Assembly (NCBI RefSeq): GCF_009914755.1
Contig: NC_060925.1
Length of the DNA: 64,000 nt
Direction: 5' to 3' (one strand)
DNA from: the human T2T-CHM13v2.0 reference genome, Homo sapiens
The notes beneath the pieces are model-generated. The model ran no database searches, was not told where the DNA came from, and saw nothing but the letters and a program-made list of their open reading frames with translations. Position 1 is the first letter of the stretch, and each line of letters opens with the position of its first letter. The translations under genes were made by a program, and so were the position numbers. This document shows positions 27,142-40,659 of the stretch, piece after piece.

Positions 27142-28478
27142 CAGGTCATACTGAAATTCTGTTTTACTAAATTATAACTCAATTTTCCATGGATGATCTG
27201 ACTCTCTCACACTAATTATTCTTAAAATGTTCTAACTTCTGCTTATTATCCTAGCACCACTCAATTGAAAATTAACTTTGAAATGTGCTAAGAAGATTAG
27301 AGCTTAAGAAATGAAATATTCACTTCCATGAAATGTATCCTTTTTTGAATTTTTTAAAAATAACATTACCCTCCTCTTTTTTGTTATGTTATGGTTTTAT
27401 ATTTTGTCTAAACAATGGCATTTCATGCAGTTTAATCAAGTGTTATTAAATACCTTCTTGAAGACAGAAATCAGAAATGAACACAAAAAATAAAAAATGA
27501 ATACATTTTAATGAAATTATTCATGATAAACTAAGTTCTTTCTGTTTTAAAAGTAAATGAGTACTATTTTACTTAAATTTACATAAGAATATAAGAAAAT
27601 ATTTTTCTTTTGGAAAACAAAGCATACAGATGGATGCCATACGTTAACTAATTCAATAAATATTTGAGTACTTCATGTGTGTTCGCATTGCATGGGCTGC
27701 TGGGAATACAGTGCCCTCACAGGCTTTCTTAAATCATTATTATGTATACATTAAGTGAGATTATGGGTATATTTCAATCAGTTTATGATGTTTGAGTATA
27801 GATTCCCAACATTTCTATAAATTTCCTAATATTAGTATATTACACTTTATGCACAATTTTAAAAATAAGCCCAAATAATGTTTTTAACAATGATAATGTT
27901 TCCAAGTTAGGAGAGCATCATCCCACATGTTGCCAGCTGTTTTCAATTTAATGGTATACAGTATTCAGTTTTTATTTCAATTAAACTACTAGTCTAAAAA
28001 AGTGGCATTTCCCTCACTTAACTTGACAGTCATTAAATAATAATTGCAACTCTTATCAATCTCATAAAATGCAATGACATGATCTCAATATTAGATTTTG
28101 CTTTAAATTTTGGAAACAGATATGAAATAATTTTCTCTGATGTCTAAAGGTAATTCAGCAAATCTTTTAGTTACTAGCCACTAAACAATAATTAAATATA
28201 ATACATTTAAGTAAAAGTGTATTATATATATAAATTATATCTATTATATCAAAATGAGTGATGATATTAGTTACAGTGGCATGCTGTTAGTTGTTATTAC
28301 TTTAACAACTCTGTTCAAAAAATTGGATAAATTTCTTATATACTCTGAAATAATTTATTGAAATAAATTAGTGTTATCCAACAAGGGTATGATCAAATTT
28401 GAAGAATTATAAAGTGAATTAAAATGCGTTGCCTTAGTTGAATTCCATTTTTAAGGGTAGCTCAATTTTCCATACTAC

Positions 28479-28847
28479 CTACATTATGAATATAGTTCTA
28501 TGCTGTTGTTGAGTAAAAGGATCACTCTTAGTAGTTTTTAAGTCCAGAAAAAAGAATATGCACTTTTACATGTTTTATAATCTCCAAATATGAACACTTC
28601 CTTCTTTCTCTAACCACTGTCAAAAATAATCTCTTAATACTGATGCATCATCAAATGTTCCGAAAATCCAAGAATTCCAAAGGAAATTGACTAAAATTGC
28701 AAAGTTAAAACTTAAATTATAAACATAACTTCAAATCAGGGACCATGTTTGGGGAAAAAAGAAACTAATCTGTATATCAAACTTTATTTGCCAATGTTCC
28801 AATCCAATTCTCCTCAAAAGGAAGCTAGATGGAGCAAAATCACTCAG
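28479..28847 (-). pseudogene. Two candidate exons (28770-28847; ~28479-28690) separated by a 79-nt intron
   Basis: Acceptors cataattttcag| and tttgcaattttag|; donor CAG|ATTAGT (mutated); frame ambiguous. Confidence 0.5.
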
Positions 28848-29167
28848 CTGAAAATTATGCAATGCAAAATAAATATGAATTCAATTTTCCTGTTTGTGTC
28901 TTTGAGATTATAGCAGCACTGAATACCAACCAACCAAGAAACAACAACAAAACTTTAAACACATAAACATGAGCACAGTACTGTGCTAAAGTGAAAATAG
29001 CATAATGTGGCTGAATCATAGTTGTTCAGTTCTACACAGAATCATAAAAACCTATGTATAAAAATTATATCCCAACTCTCAGCAAGTATGTAACCTTGAA
29101 AATATGTCTAATCCCCTCTCTTTCTCATTATTTCAGCTATGAAATAGAAATTAAAGATATCTATTTA

Positions 29168-29543
<376 letters not shown>

Positions 29544-29714
29544 CTAATTATCACTCCAAAATTATTATATCTCTTAGTTCCTAAGTAATAAATAGAATAT
29601 ACGAAACCAAAGAAGTCAGTAAATATGTTTTAAATCAATATGTTGAATACATTTGAAAAAAACAGAAATAAAATGAATTACATTATATAACCCAACAATA
29701 TAACTTGCTACAGA

Positions 29715-30045
29715 GTGAGGTCAGGAAATCCAGGGACCTAATCCTGCCCATTGCCTCTTTTTTTACAACCTATAAACTAAGATTTTTTTTTTCTATTTTT
29801 AAATGTCTCAAAACAAATTTAATGAATAGGAATGTTTTATGGCATGTTAAAGTTACTTGAAAATCAAATGTCAGTGTCCATATACAAAGTCTTATTGGCG
29901 CACAAACATACTCATTGCATATTGTCAGAGAATGCTTTTAAGTTACAACAGCATAAATGAGTATATTTAATAAGAGACCTTATGGCCCCAGAGACTAAAA
30001 TATTTACTATCTGGCATTTACACAGAAAAACTTTGCTGATCTTTT
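29715..30045. mobile_element. MER58B-like (hAT-Charlie)
   Basis: cagtgtccata...aaaatatttactatctggc...tttgctga. Confidence 0.75.
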
Positions 30046-30667
30046 TTCTAACAAGCAGGATATTTTATATTCTACTAATGTGTTACACTTGAGTGTCACT
30101 TTTAAAAGACTCAGTTTTTGATTGCACAGGATTTATTATTAATTATCTGATAATAATTCTATACTATTAACCACTAGGACATGAGATATGCCATAAAGTT
30201 GGGAGAGATAATGTCCAATGCACCATTATATATTGATTAGTAATATATTTAAATATACCACCTATTCAATTATTAAATAAATATGTTTTTTGATATGAGG
30301 TAGTCAAACACTTTAAGAACAATTATTCCCTTTTCCAGATAAAATACAAGGTGTCTAGCACCTAAAAAATTAAATATACAACATAATTTACAAAATGAAA
30401 TATACAAGAGCATTTATAATTTTAAAAATAATTATTTAAGAGATTTAGATAAAAGTTATATATAAAACATAATTTACAAAAGGAAGAGTTATATAACAAT
30501 ATTTATCATTTAAAAAACCATGATGTGAAAGGTTTAAATAACCAACTCATTTACACTAACCCAAAATCCGCCGAAAGTCTAGTAAGAGAATATAGTTTCT
30601 AAAATGAGCTTTTGTCTCATTAGAATTTGTTAATTACTTTTTAAGAACTGACCCAAATATGCATTAC

Positions 30668-30744
30668 CTTTCCATAAACATAGTCAGAAAATTATATCAA
30701 GTCTTTTCAGGACAAGAATATGGGGCAACCTGGTGACACTGCAT
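30668..30744 (-). pseudogene. Exon, 77 bp
   Basis: Acceptor ttttgtgtccatag|, donor AAG|GTAATG; 88-nt intron from previous exon. Confidence 0.7.
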
Positions 30745-30832
30745 CTATGGACACAAAACGTCAGAGTGTATTAATTTGAAGTAAAAGCTTAAATATTTTT
30801 ACAGAGCTCTGAATTTCCAAAAGATAGCTTAC

Positions 30833-30995
30833 TGGATAAGGAGATGGAGTTATAAGTCTAGTATGTCTGAAAGTGGCTGGAGGAAAAGAGATCACAGGAC
30901 AACTTTCTACAGTACACCTTTCTTGTATAATCCCCCTTCTGAGTTCATTCACCTGCTCATCCTCAAAGAACTAGGCATTAGGAGCACATAACTCA
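30833..30995 (-). pseudogene. Exon (ELCAPNA*FFEDEQVNELRRGIIQERC...PSPYP)
   Basis: Acceptor ttattattttctccag|, donor CCA|GTAAGC, one stop in 54 codons. Confidence 0.75.
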
Positions 30996-31630
30996 CTGGA
31001 GAAATAATAATTAACATATAAATGGATTGGGGAGCTTGGGAGGTGTTTTTAGGTCCATTATTTCATTTTTCAACCAATCAATAAAAATACATAGATTTAT
31101 TGAATGCCTATTAGGGGTAAGGTGCCATACTTGACTATGGGAAAATGGCAATAAATAAGATACCTGCTCCTCCTCAGGAAGACAAGAAACAAGTGGTTCT
31201 GTTAAAGGATGATCAGTATTGAAGAACTGTCAGTCTATGTGTTATGAAATAAGAGTGAAGGAAATATAAAAAAGGAGGATTTAATTCAGTCAACTCTCTT
31301 ACTGAGAAAATGACCAAGATACAGAATTCTGAAGGATACAAGTCAACTACAGAAAACGCTGGTGGAACATTAAGGAATAAAACACGTTCAGAGTAGTGTT
31401 AACAACATAAATAAATATGGTGAGACATTTTATATAGTTATAAATTATGAATTATTTAGCAAATGTATAAGCAAAATATTAATTTAAAATATAGTTGTGG
31501 TAGTCTTGAAAGCTATTGAGCTATAATTCTTAAACAGAATTTACTAGAGTTAAGCTTTATGCATGAGAAATTTTGCTCATGATTTAATTTGTAGCTTTCA
31601 AACAATTAAATTTGATATGAAGATAATTAT

Positions 31631-31856
31631 CCCATCTGTCTTTCAGCAATATCTTAGAGAATTAACATTTTAACACACTGCAGTTGTGAGGATTCTAAAA
31701 TCAGAATACTAAAGTTTAATCTCAGTAAAATGTCTTGTGTACATCTCATGAAGTATTATTAATCTGAAGTCTCTTGCTATATAACAATAGAAACATAAAT
31801 TTTGTCAGAGTGGGTAGCAATAAATCACAGTTACTTCCATCTTATTACTCTCAAAT
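31631..31856 (-). pseudogene. Exon (FESNKMEVTVIYCYPL*QNLCFYC...FRILTTAVC)
   Basis: Strong acceptor ttttcctctacatctactttcacag|; phase 2 matches upstream exon; donor probably mutated (ATAATT). Confidence 0.65.
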
Positions 31857-31926
31857 CTGTGAAAGTAGATGTAGAGGAAAAGAAAATCTTGGGAAATAAA
31901 ATAAGTCCAGACAAAACCAAACTTAA

Positions 31927-32036
31927 TTAAAAAGTCATAAAGTATAATCTGTAACTCTGATTTTTATCTTTGAAGAATCATACTGTGTTCGGAAAATGGA
32001 TGTCCACGATAATTTTCTATAATTTTCTGGATGGTT
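31927..32036 (-). pseudogene. Exon (NHPENYRKLSWTSIFRTQYDSSKIKIRVTDYTL*LF)
   Basis: Acceptor ccttattcattaag|, donor TTAAGT (mutated GTAAGT), phase 0 to 2, one stop, 70-nt intron. Confidence 0.65.
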
Positions 32037-32079
32037 CTTAATGAATAAGGTATGTAATATTTCATGTTTTAAAAATTAA

Positions 32080-32720
32080 ACACATTACACACTTATCAGA
32101 TGGCCAAAATAAAAAATAATGACAACCCTATATGCTGTGAGGATATAGAAAACCTGGATCCCTTATACATTGTTGATTAGAATGTAGGTGGTACAGCCAC
32201 GCTGGAAAAAACAGTTTGTCTGCTTCTTAAATTAAAACATGGAACTGCCACATAATCCAGCAGTCGTACTCAGGCATTTATGCCACAGAAATATAATTGT
32301 GTATTTACACAAAAAACCTGCACATAAATGTTCATAGCAGCTTTACTTGTAATAGCTCAAAACTGGAAACAGCCCAGGTTTGCTTCCGTGGGTGACTAGT
32401 TAAACTATAGTACATCTGCACCATGGGATACCACTCAGTGATAAAAAGGAACAAATCACTCACGCACAGCAACAACTGAAGTGACTCTCCAAAGCAACCT
32501 AAATATCCATGAAAGGTCACTATAACAATAAGTTATGGCATTCACATGCAAAAGATCACATCACAAATTTTAAAATCACAAGAAAACTTGATGCACTATT
32601 GTAGACATATCTCTATGACTTCCTGAAAAGTGAAAAAAGAAATATACAAAACAGACTATATAGCCACCATCATTTGTAAAAAGAAATATATATATTTAAT
32701 TATAGATGTATAGAATATGT
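32080..32720 (+). mobile_element. Old L1 (L1ME-like) 3' fragment
   Basis: ORF2 3'/3'UTR-like text (tggtacagccacgctgg, aaatgttcatagcagcttt). Confidence 0.75.
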
Positions 32721-32905
32721 TTTGAGGCATATATTGGAAAAAGAAAACCCACCTAAATTGATGGTCTTTAGAAATGTAAACTGGAAGAAGCCAGAGATAC
32801 AAACAAATGTTTACTCTATTCTTGTTTACACTAGTCTTAAAATTTTAAACCACATGACTGTATTACCTATTCAAAAATAAATATTTTTAAAATAATAATA
32901 TATAC

Positions 32906-33321
32906 TTCAACTTCTAATAATGCTCTTCTGAAAACAGGAGTTGTTTTACTCATAAATGGGATTGCATTTAGAAGGATGAAAGGGCAATATGGGAAAATTT
33001 AGACTTGGAAACTGGAAACAAATTGATTTGAAATTGAGTTGCTGGATGTTAGAAATGCTTGGATGGTTTGGTGACTTTCTTTGGTATGATTCCATATTCT
33101 CACTAAGCAGGCTTTTCATCCTAATTTGTTTTCAGACATAAAGTTCACTGGAAAAAGAATGCCCTGAGCAGCACAAAGGCACATTGACGAGCTTGCACTT
33201 TCATGTCTTGTTATACATGATCACATTTGTTTTATAGTACAAATGATGTCTCCTGTGAGACTAAGCAATGTGATTTTACTCAGGATGTGAGCAGTTGAGA
33301 AAAACTTTGAAATAATGACTG
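32906..33321 (-). pseudogene. Exon, 416 bp (VIISKFFSTAH...KACLVRIWNH...FRRALLEVE)
   Basis: Single frame of 138 codons with 3 stops, acceptor tttttgtgaaag|, donor GAA|GTATAT, phase 1 to 0. Confidence 0.75.
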
Positions 33322-33929
33322 CTTTCACAAAAATAAAAAGTTTGGATTTAAAACTAATGTTTATGAAATGTTTTTCTGGACAGGAAAAAAGGGGGAAAAA
33401 ACATTAATCCTCATTCTTAGCAAAATATTTTTTAAAAATCCTAGCCCAGTGGACCTTTCAAAAGCTTAATATTTGGATAATACTCAATTTGATTCAAATA
33501 TATTTATAGTTTCTTCATACATGCTAAAAGTTACTAGTGGAACCTCTCATAATTGCTATAAATTATGAGAGTTTCCCCACAGGTCTAATCCCGCCAACAT
33601 TTTAAAATTGTCCAGGTTCAGATTTATATTTCCATAAGAGGTAAGCAGGATATAGTTATAACATAATTATAAAATTAAAAAGAGAATAAGGGAAGAATAA
33701 GACCACCTTTGTTTGCTTAGCTCCTTTCTTCATCACCACCATGAAGTAGATCACCAGTGTAGAGAAAAAGAGAAAGTGCATTCACAGGGACATACCAATA
33801 GTTTAGGGGAGACTGAGCAGAAGACATGACCTTGAGGAAACAGGATCAGGCTGGAGAGGTTGCTAAGCAAGTCCAAATAGGAACCTGCAAGCAAGTCCCC
33901 AAACAGTGCTCCACTTGGTCTTTTCCTTT

Positions 33930-34720
33930 AATAGATTTTTTGCCGTATAATTTATATAGCATACAATTTACCTATTGAAAGTGAATAATTCAATATGTTT
34001 CAGTGCATTAACAGAGTCATGCAATCATCACCAAAGCAAATTTTAGGATATTTTCAGCACCCCAAAAGAAATGGTGCACCCATTTGCCCAGTGAGCTCTC
34101 CATCCCACCCACCCCCCCAGCTCCAGCAACTATTAATATAATTTGTGTTTTCATAGATTAGCCTATTCTAAATATTTCATGTAAATGAAATTGTACAATA
34201 TATTATCTTTTTATGTCTGACTCTTCTCATTGAGCCTAATGTTTTCAAACTTCATCCATATTGTACCTTGTATCATACTTGATTTATTTTTATTACTGAA
34301 TAATATTCCTTTGTACGGATATACCACATTTCTACTTTTGGGCTATTATGGGTAACACTGCTGTAAATATTAACGTACAAGCCTTCTGTGAATGTATGTT
34401 TCCATTTCTCTTGAGTATATACCCAATAGTATTCTGGGCCATATAGTAAATCTATGTATAACCTTTGAGAATTGCCAGATCACTTTCCAAAGCAGCTTCA
34501 TCAGTTTATATTTGCACCAAACAATTTTATGAGAGTTGTAACTTATTCAAATCCTCAACAACGTTTGTCTATTCCATCCCATGCTAAATATTATTCTTCT
34601 ATTCTGTGAATTATCTTTATAATTTCTTGATGATGTACTTTGAAGCACAAAAGTTTTCAATTTTAAAGAAGCCAAATGTATCTATTTTTGTCTTTTGTCA
34701 CGCATACATTTGGTGTTACA
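33930..34720 (-). mobile_element. Old L1 (L1MB/MC-like) 3' fragment
   Basis: Reverse L1M 3' end similarity. Confidence 0.75.
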
Positions 34721-36607
34721 TCATTTGTCTCTAGCACAGTGGAAACTATATATCTTCTGAAAGATGGAGTGTAATTAGCTACTCTTCTTATCTTTGCAGC
34801 ATATGGGCCTCCTAGTGATAGCAGCCAGCAATTTGACATTTATATTATCAACAGATGGACACCTTCCCATAACACTGAGTGCTTTCTAAGTCACCTCTGC
34901 TTATACCCTGTGGCACCTGAGATCACAGCTCAGAACATGCCTTAGTCTTGTAAACAGAAGATTAGTGTTAATTCCTCAAAAGCAACAGTAGTATAAAAGG
35001 AAAAACCTAAGCATCAGATTCTAATGAGTGATGAAATCTCCCAGTTGTTACAAAACCTATTCTACTGTGGTGAAACAGAAGTCAAGAAAAAATCTACACA
35101 CACAGATAAATAAACTTCCCTTAAAAAAAGAACAAGTAAAATCAGAAAGTCAAAAAAATCATTGAAGATATTATTGAAGAAAATTGGACTGAAATCAAGA
35201 AAACTTGAATCATCAGCAACTTAAGGCACAATGTACGTCATGGAACATTGATTGCAAAACTAACACATATTCTGGTAAAGGTACTAAACTGCATAGAAAA
35301 AGAATGTAATAAATATTTGGTAAGGTACAAGGACAGCATATGTAAATTAGAGTAATCTGAGATTTTTCCATGGAAAAAAAAATCAATGCCTGAAAATACA
35401 AGAATTATCTACAGGATTATGCAACATAGAGTAACAAAAGAGCTATATACCCATGGGATTTAGCCTTCTAGTAAAAAGACAACGTATTTTCATAAGCATG
35501 CAAGAAGTTAAAGAGTACTCATCACACTTCCTTGTGGAGAGAATAAAAATATGTAATTAAATATTTGAATTTAAGAAGTGTGTCAAAATTAAAAACTCAG
35601 GATGCTCAGGGTGGGAGATACTGTTGCTAAGTACTATTAGTGAGACAATTATACCTCTAAATAGGAATAAACTCAAACGACTTTTGAAATTATGATTTTG
35701 GAATCAAATGTGAATATTAAAAACCTTGCCATTATTTAAAAAAAAATTGGGAGGTGGAGGTGTGAGGCAGTGTGGACACTTACTTTCTCATCCTTCACTG
35801 GACAGACGATGGATGTCTAAAGTTGAAACATTTAATTTCACAATGTTCTCATTATAGATGACTTGTAAAATCTAATAGCTCTTCTTGTAAAGAAACATTT
35901 ACTTCAAGTTCAACAATACTTTCAATTTCACTTAAGTTTGTTTCTATCAACTTAAATAATATCTTTCATTTTAAAAAATTTTGTATGGGATGATTTCATT
36001 TCAGTAAAATTCTTTCTTACCCTTTCACTGTCCATTCATCTGTCCATTCATCATCCATCCATTATATCTACATATAAATGTAGAAATGTCTAAAATTATC
36101 ACATCAATAATATTTTTGAGTGAGTTTCCTTATTTATATTTTTCTGTATTTTTTATTTTTTAAATGGAAAATTTATAATTTGAAAAAAAGCAATACATCT
36201 TCTTTTAGAAAATTGTTAGTAAGAATCAATCATTTCATAAAATTATAGATTAGAAACAAACTCCAGTATGGTAACATCCAGAAAAAAACTATTTCAGATA
36301 TAAATCAGCTAGGGATAGTCTAAAATGCAATTCTGATCTGGTACGTCTATAGTGGGCCCACAGATTTAGCATTTCAAAGTGTCTAAAGCCATATATTGAG
36401 TAATAGAAATTTTAAGAAATTTTATGGTGCTACTCATTAAATAAGTAGAACATTATAAGCATAAAATGATGATGTGAGGGAGAATTTAAGAAAATAATAA
36501 TAACTAAAAAATAAAAATAGTAAAAAAAACATTTCTTTGTATTGTACTTCTGTGCTGAGTAGGTAAAGGGAGATCTGTTTTTATAGTTCTTTAAAGTATT
36601 CCTTTAC

Positions 36608-37774
36608 CTGCTATATTCTGATAAAACAAAATTTCTCTTTGAATTTAACAAGTGAATCTTAAATCCAGAATCTACAATGAACTCAAACAAATTTACAAGA
36701 AAAAAACAAACAACCCCATCAAAAAGTGGGTGAAGGACATGAACAGACACTTCTCAAAAGAAGACTTTTATGCAGCCAAAAAACACATGAAAAAATGCTC
36801 ATCACTGGCCATCAGAGAAATGCAAATCAAAACCACAATGAGATATCATCTCACACCAGTTAGAATGGCAATCATTAAAAAGTCAGGAAACAACAGGTGC
36901 TGGAGAGGATGTGGAGAAATAGGAACACTTTTACACTGTTGGTGGGACTGTAAACTAGTTCAACCATTGTGGAAGTCAGTGTGGCGATTCCTCAGGGATC
37001 TAGAACTAGAAATACCATTTGACCCAGCCATCCCATTACTGCATATATACCCAAAGGACTATAAATCATGCTGCTATAAAGACACATGCACACGTATGTT
37101 TATTGCAGCACTATTCACAATTGCAAACACTTGGAACCAACCCAAATGTCCAACAATGATAGACTGGATTAAGAAAATGTGGCACATATACACCATGGAA
37201 TACTATGCAGCCATAAAAAATGAAGAGTTCACGTCCTTTGTAGGAACATGGATGAAATTGGAAATCATCATTTTCAGTAAACTATCGCAAGAACAAAAAA
37301 CCAAACACTGCATAGTCTCACTCATAGGTGGGAATTGAACAATGAGAACACATGGACACAGGAAGGGGAACATCACACTCTGGGGACTGTTGTGGGGTGG
37401 GGGAGGGAGGAGGGATAGCATTGGGAGATATACCTAATGCTAGATGACGAGTTAGTGGGTGCAGCGCACCAGCATGGCACATGTATACATATGTAACTAA
37501 CCTGCACATTGTGCACATGTACCCTAAAACTTAAAGTATGATAAAAAAAAGAAGTAAATCCAAAACTTTCTGTTACTCAATAAAATGTATAATTTTGGCA
37601 GTTTATTTTGTTCAATTTTTCTCTATTGTGACCCTGTTTTGTTTGTTTGTTTGTTTACACATGGACCCTAAGTATTCCAAAGTGAATTATGATGTGGGAA
37701 ACTTCATATGGGAAAAGTAACACAGAATTATTTTACAGATAATAGGCCCCCCCACACTAGAGAGTGAGAAGAAG
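36608..37774 (-). pseudogene. Exon interrupted by L1PA2/3 (...TAKIIHFIE*QKVLD|LRF...)
   Basis: Acceptor gtttttactctgtag| at 37775, donor CAG|GTAAAG at 36607, on opposite sides of the L1. Confidence 0.5.
36668..37555 (+). mobile_element. 5'-truncated young L1 (L1PA2/L1PA3)
   Basis: Open ORF2 C-terminus (228-aa ORF), 3'UTR gatgacgagttagtgggtgcagcgc, TSD aaatcca at a TT/AAAT site. Confidence 0.92.
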
Positions 37775-37967
37775 CTACAGAGTAAAAACACATATAATTT
37801 TATTATGTGTTATGTATTATGTTATTATGTATTTTGTTTTTTCATGTATGTGACACTCATAGTTTCACAAACATCTCTGTGATACATAGTATCACATTTC
37901 ATCTCTGGTCGGCTTGTGACTTAAGTTAAATCCTTCCAAAATTCTAGTAATATACAGACAACCTAGA

Positions 37968-38112
37968 ACAATGTTTCTCAACCAACATCAGAATCTGTTG
38001 GAGTGTTTATTAAACATGGACAAGAAATAACTCTGGGACCAGCCTTCAAAAGCGCATTTTCAGCAAGTAACCAAGGTGATTCTTATAATGCACACTAAAT
38101 TTTATGAGCCAT
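37968..38112. mobile_element. MER5-like DNA element
   Basis: caatgtttctcaa...ggtgattctta...tgagcca. Confidence 0.55.
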
Positions 38113-38129
38113 GTGGGTCTTTTATTCAG

Positions 38130-38818
38130 ATATGTTTGAGTATTTCTTTTTTATTGCTAGCTGAAAGCAGTTTTCTTGAATAGAGTCTGAGTATAATGAT
38201 GGAGGCTAAACTAAACAGCAAGCTATAAAACACACAACCTTTTGCAAGAAGGAAAGAGTTCAGTAGGAAATCTCATGGGCCCTAAGTTTCGGATGCCTTA
38301 AGCAGAAATAGGCTGAGAAAGAAACAGAGGCCTGAGTAGCAACGAAGTGGAGATGAGAAGGCCCCAAAGACAGACATCATGTACTTGACAAACGATTTAA
38401 GATCTATTCCTTTCTCTGGCCCCATATCAGAATGATATACCAGTTTACCAAACTTCTGATACACTTTAGCCCATCACTGGATAGTTAAAAAAATTTTTTG
38501 ATACCTTACATTTTTTGAGTGTTCAATAGAAATCAAAAGCTTGTCTCCAATTCAATCCCACTCCCATATGCTTATTATCAGTTTAAAGGATAAAAAAGTA
38601 TTGCTCAAATAGACCAAATTTCAAAATGTATGTGCACTTTCTCAGCATGAGTGAGAGAAAAAAAAATTTAAACCCAAAGATCCTGGCAAATTTATTTGAA
38701 AAATCAAACATTTGGATTGTCTAGATTCTTCTTAACTGTTTTGCTTCAAGCACCATGTGTAAGAAAATACACAGAATGAAGATTTCTTATTTTAACCAAG
38801 GCACATTTTATGATCACT
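38130..38818 (-). pseudogene. Large candidate exon (...IGDKLLISIEHSKNVRYQKIFLTIQ*WAKVYQKFGKLVYH...)
   Basis: Acceptor tttacatttttctgacag|; long stop-poor frames with shifts (T9 run); donor not located. Confidence 0.6.
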
Positions 38819-39101
38819 CTGTCAGAAAAATGTAAATTTTTAGATTGCATTTAAGTAATATCTGTTGTATATGCTATTATAATAAATGATTATCACAATC
38901 AAGAAAATAGCTTTAGACTTGTAGTCTTTACTATGTCTCTTATGTTAACATACAGGAAACCATTTAGGATGTTAAACCTAAAGAATATTTTTATTTTATC
39001 CATGTACAAATGGCTTAAAAATAAGCACAGGACCACTTGCAGAGGTTCTAAAATAAATCAGCCAGCAGACACCAGAAAACTGCACATGCTCTGTTTCTTA
39101 C

Positions 39102-40304
39102 TTCTGTTCCCTTTCTGCTCAATTATCATGGGAACCTCTGTTTCCACCAGGCAGATGCTTCTATTCTCTGAACCAAAGGCTATGGGGGCAGTAGAAGGGT
39201 AAAAAATGATACCAGGAAGCTCTGAGAGAGATTGCTAAGCAAATTCAGATGGATCCCATGGAAAATTTAAAGGCAATGTTGGGAGATTACATTCCTGAAA
39301 ATTTTCTAAATACAGAAAAAACTTCACATTCATATATTTATGATTCATTATTTGAGATATTTGCAGAATTTGTGCCAGACTATGCTGTCTCAGTTCACAG
39401 TTCATAGTGCATGCTTTTACATCACTGCCTCTAGGGAAGTCAATGAAGGAAGGGAATAAATTCAACTTTGCCTCCAGGAGATGAGTGAAGCTCAGAAGTT
39501 CCCTGGACTTGGCTCCTCTATGCCTACCACTTTGAGATTGATGATGATTAACTCATGCTTAGATATCCTCTGGGATCATTAAATATGTCTTAAATCTGTG
39601 ACTTCTGTTGAATTGTTTTCATCGGATTGTAACACAAAGGCACTAAGTAGTATAGCTGTATTTGTTTTGGTTTGAAGAACAAACATAAATTTTATATTTG
39701 GAATTGCTTGTGTGAAGAGTAGGGCTAGATGGAATAGAAGAACCAGTGGCAGGTAGATGTGGGGATTCTGAGGATGTTAAATCTGAGAGAACTTTTGTAA
39801 AGGGGGATTCTTTGGTGGAGAAAGAGAAATACCAAAATAAACTTTGATTACTTTGCTATTTCATTGAGATCTTGGTGACTGCAGTTTTTGTATGCTAGAG
39901 ACACATGAGTAGGGTGATATACAATCAAAATGTGAATATCCTTAGATGCTACTTTCTTCTATTCCTTAGAGAGACATCTTCTAAATCATCCATGAAAGAT
40001 GTGCATCTGGCACTTGCAGTGGGGGGTCAGTGATAGAGAATACATCTCATTAGGATAAAGTCCACTCTGAAATATGGAACAACTCTTTTTTTATGTGTTT
40101 TTCTGCAGTTTCTTACAACTTAGTGTTACTCTGAATCATGACCTGAAAAAAATGTTTCCTTTCTCAATTACATTCACTTACAGAATATCCACTGTGGGCT
40201 CATTTAGTTTTACCACACTCTCTACCCTTAAGTTTCCCCTTTTATAATGAAAAGAAACATTCACTCTTCCACCTGCCCTGGTTGGTATACTTGAATTGTT
40301 GTGC
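39102..40304 (-). pseudogene. Giant exon (~1.2 kb) including an S/P/T-rich linker
   Basis: Acceptor ttgtgtttagttatag|, donor GAA|GTAAGA; 39855-39102 is one frame of ~251 codons with 5 stops, including a 105-codon open stretch. May be more than one exon. Confidence 0.75.
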
Positions 40305-40428
40305 CTATAACTAAACACAAAATGTGAGATTTATTGTAAGGAGTATATAATGGAAAAGGAATCTGGTCACTATATTAAAAATAATGTGATTTTCTGATGT
40401 GTTAGAAATGTTTATAAATATAGTGAAC

Positions 40429-40524
40429 CTCAAACTCTTGCCAGTTCTGTTCTCCCTCCTATTCTCTTCTTTCAAGTCATCACATAGTTACCTACAAAAT
40501 TCCAACCCCTTTTCTTGAAACTAA
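40429..40524 (-). pseudogene. Exon (FQEKGLEFCR*LCDDLKEENRRENRTGKSL)
   Basis: Very strong polypyrimidine acceptor, donor GAG|GTTCAC, phase-2 end matches next exon. Confidence 0.7.
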
Positions 40525-40659
40525 CTAAAATAAATAGAAAAAATGAGAAAAAAAGTAAATATTTTATGCCAATGGGAAATAATAAACAACAGTCTAATTA
40601 TAAAATAACACTCTCCAATTCTCTTGATACATCAATTCTCTTGATACATGTGCCCATAC

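Noticed and set aside
36262-36382. Extra candidate exons here and at 16490-16568, 15925-16035, 46863-46971, 57325-57459
   Set aside because: Stop-poor but with weak or mutated splice sites or phase conflicts; not listed as features without homology support.
36652-37338. 228-aa ORF as a host gene
   Set aside because: It is the L1 ORF2 C-terminus of a young truncated insertion.
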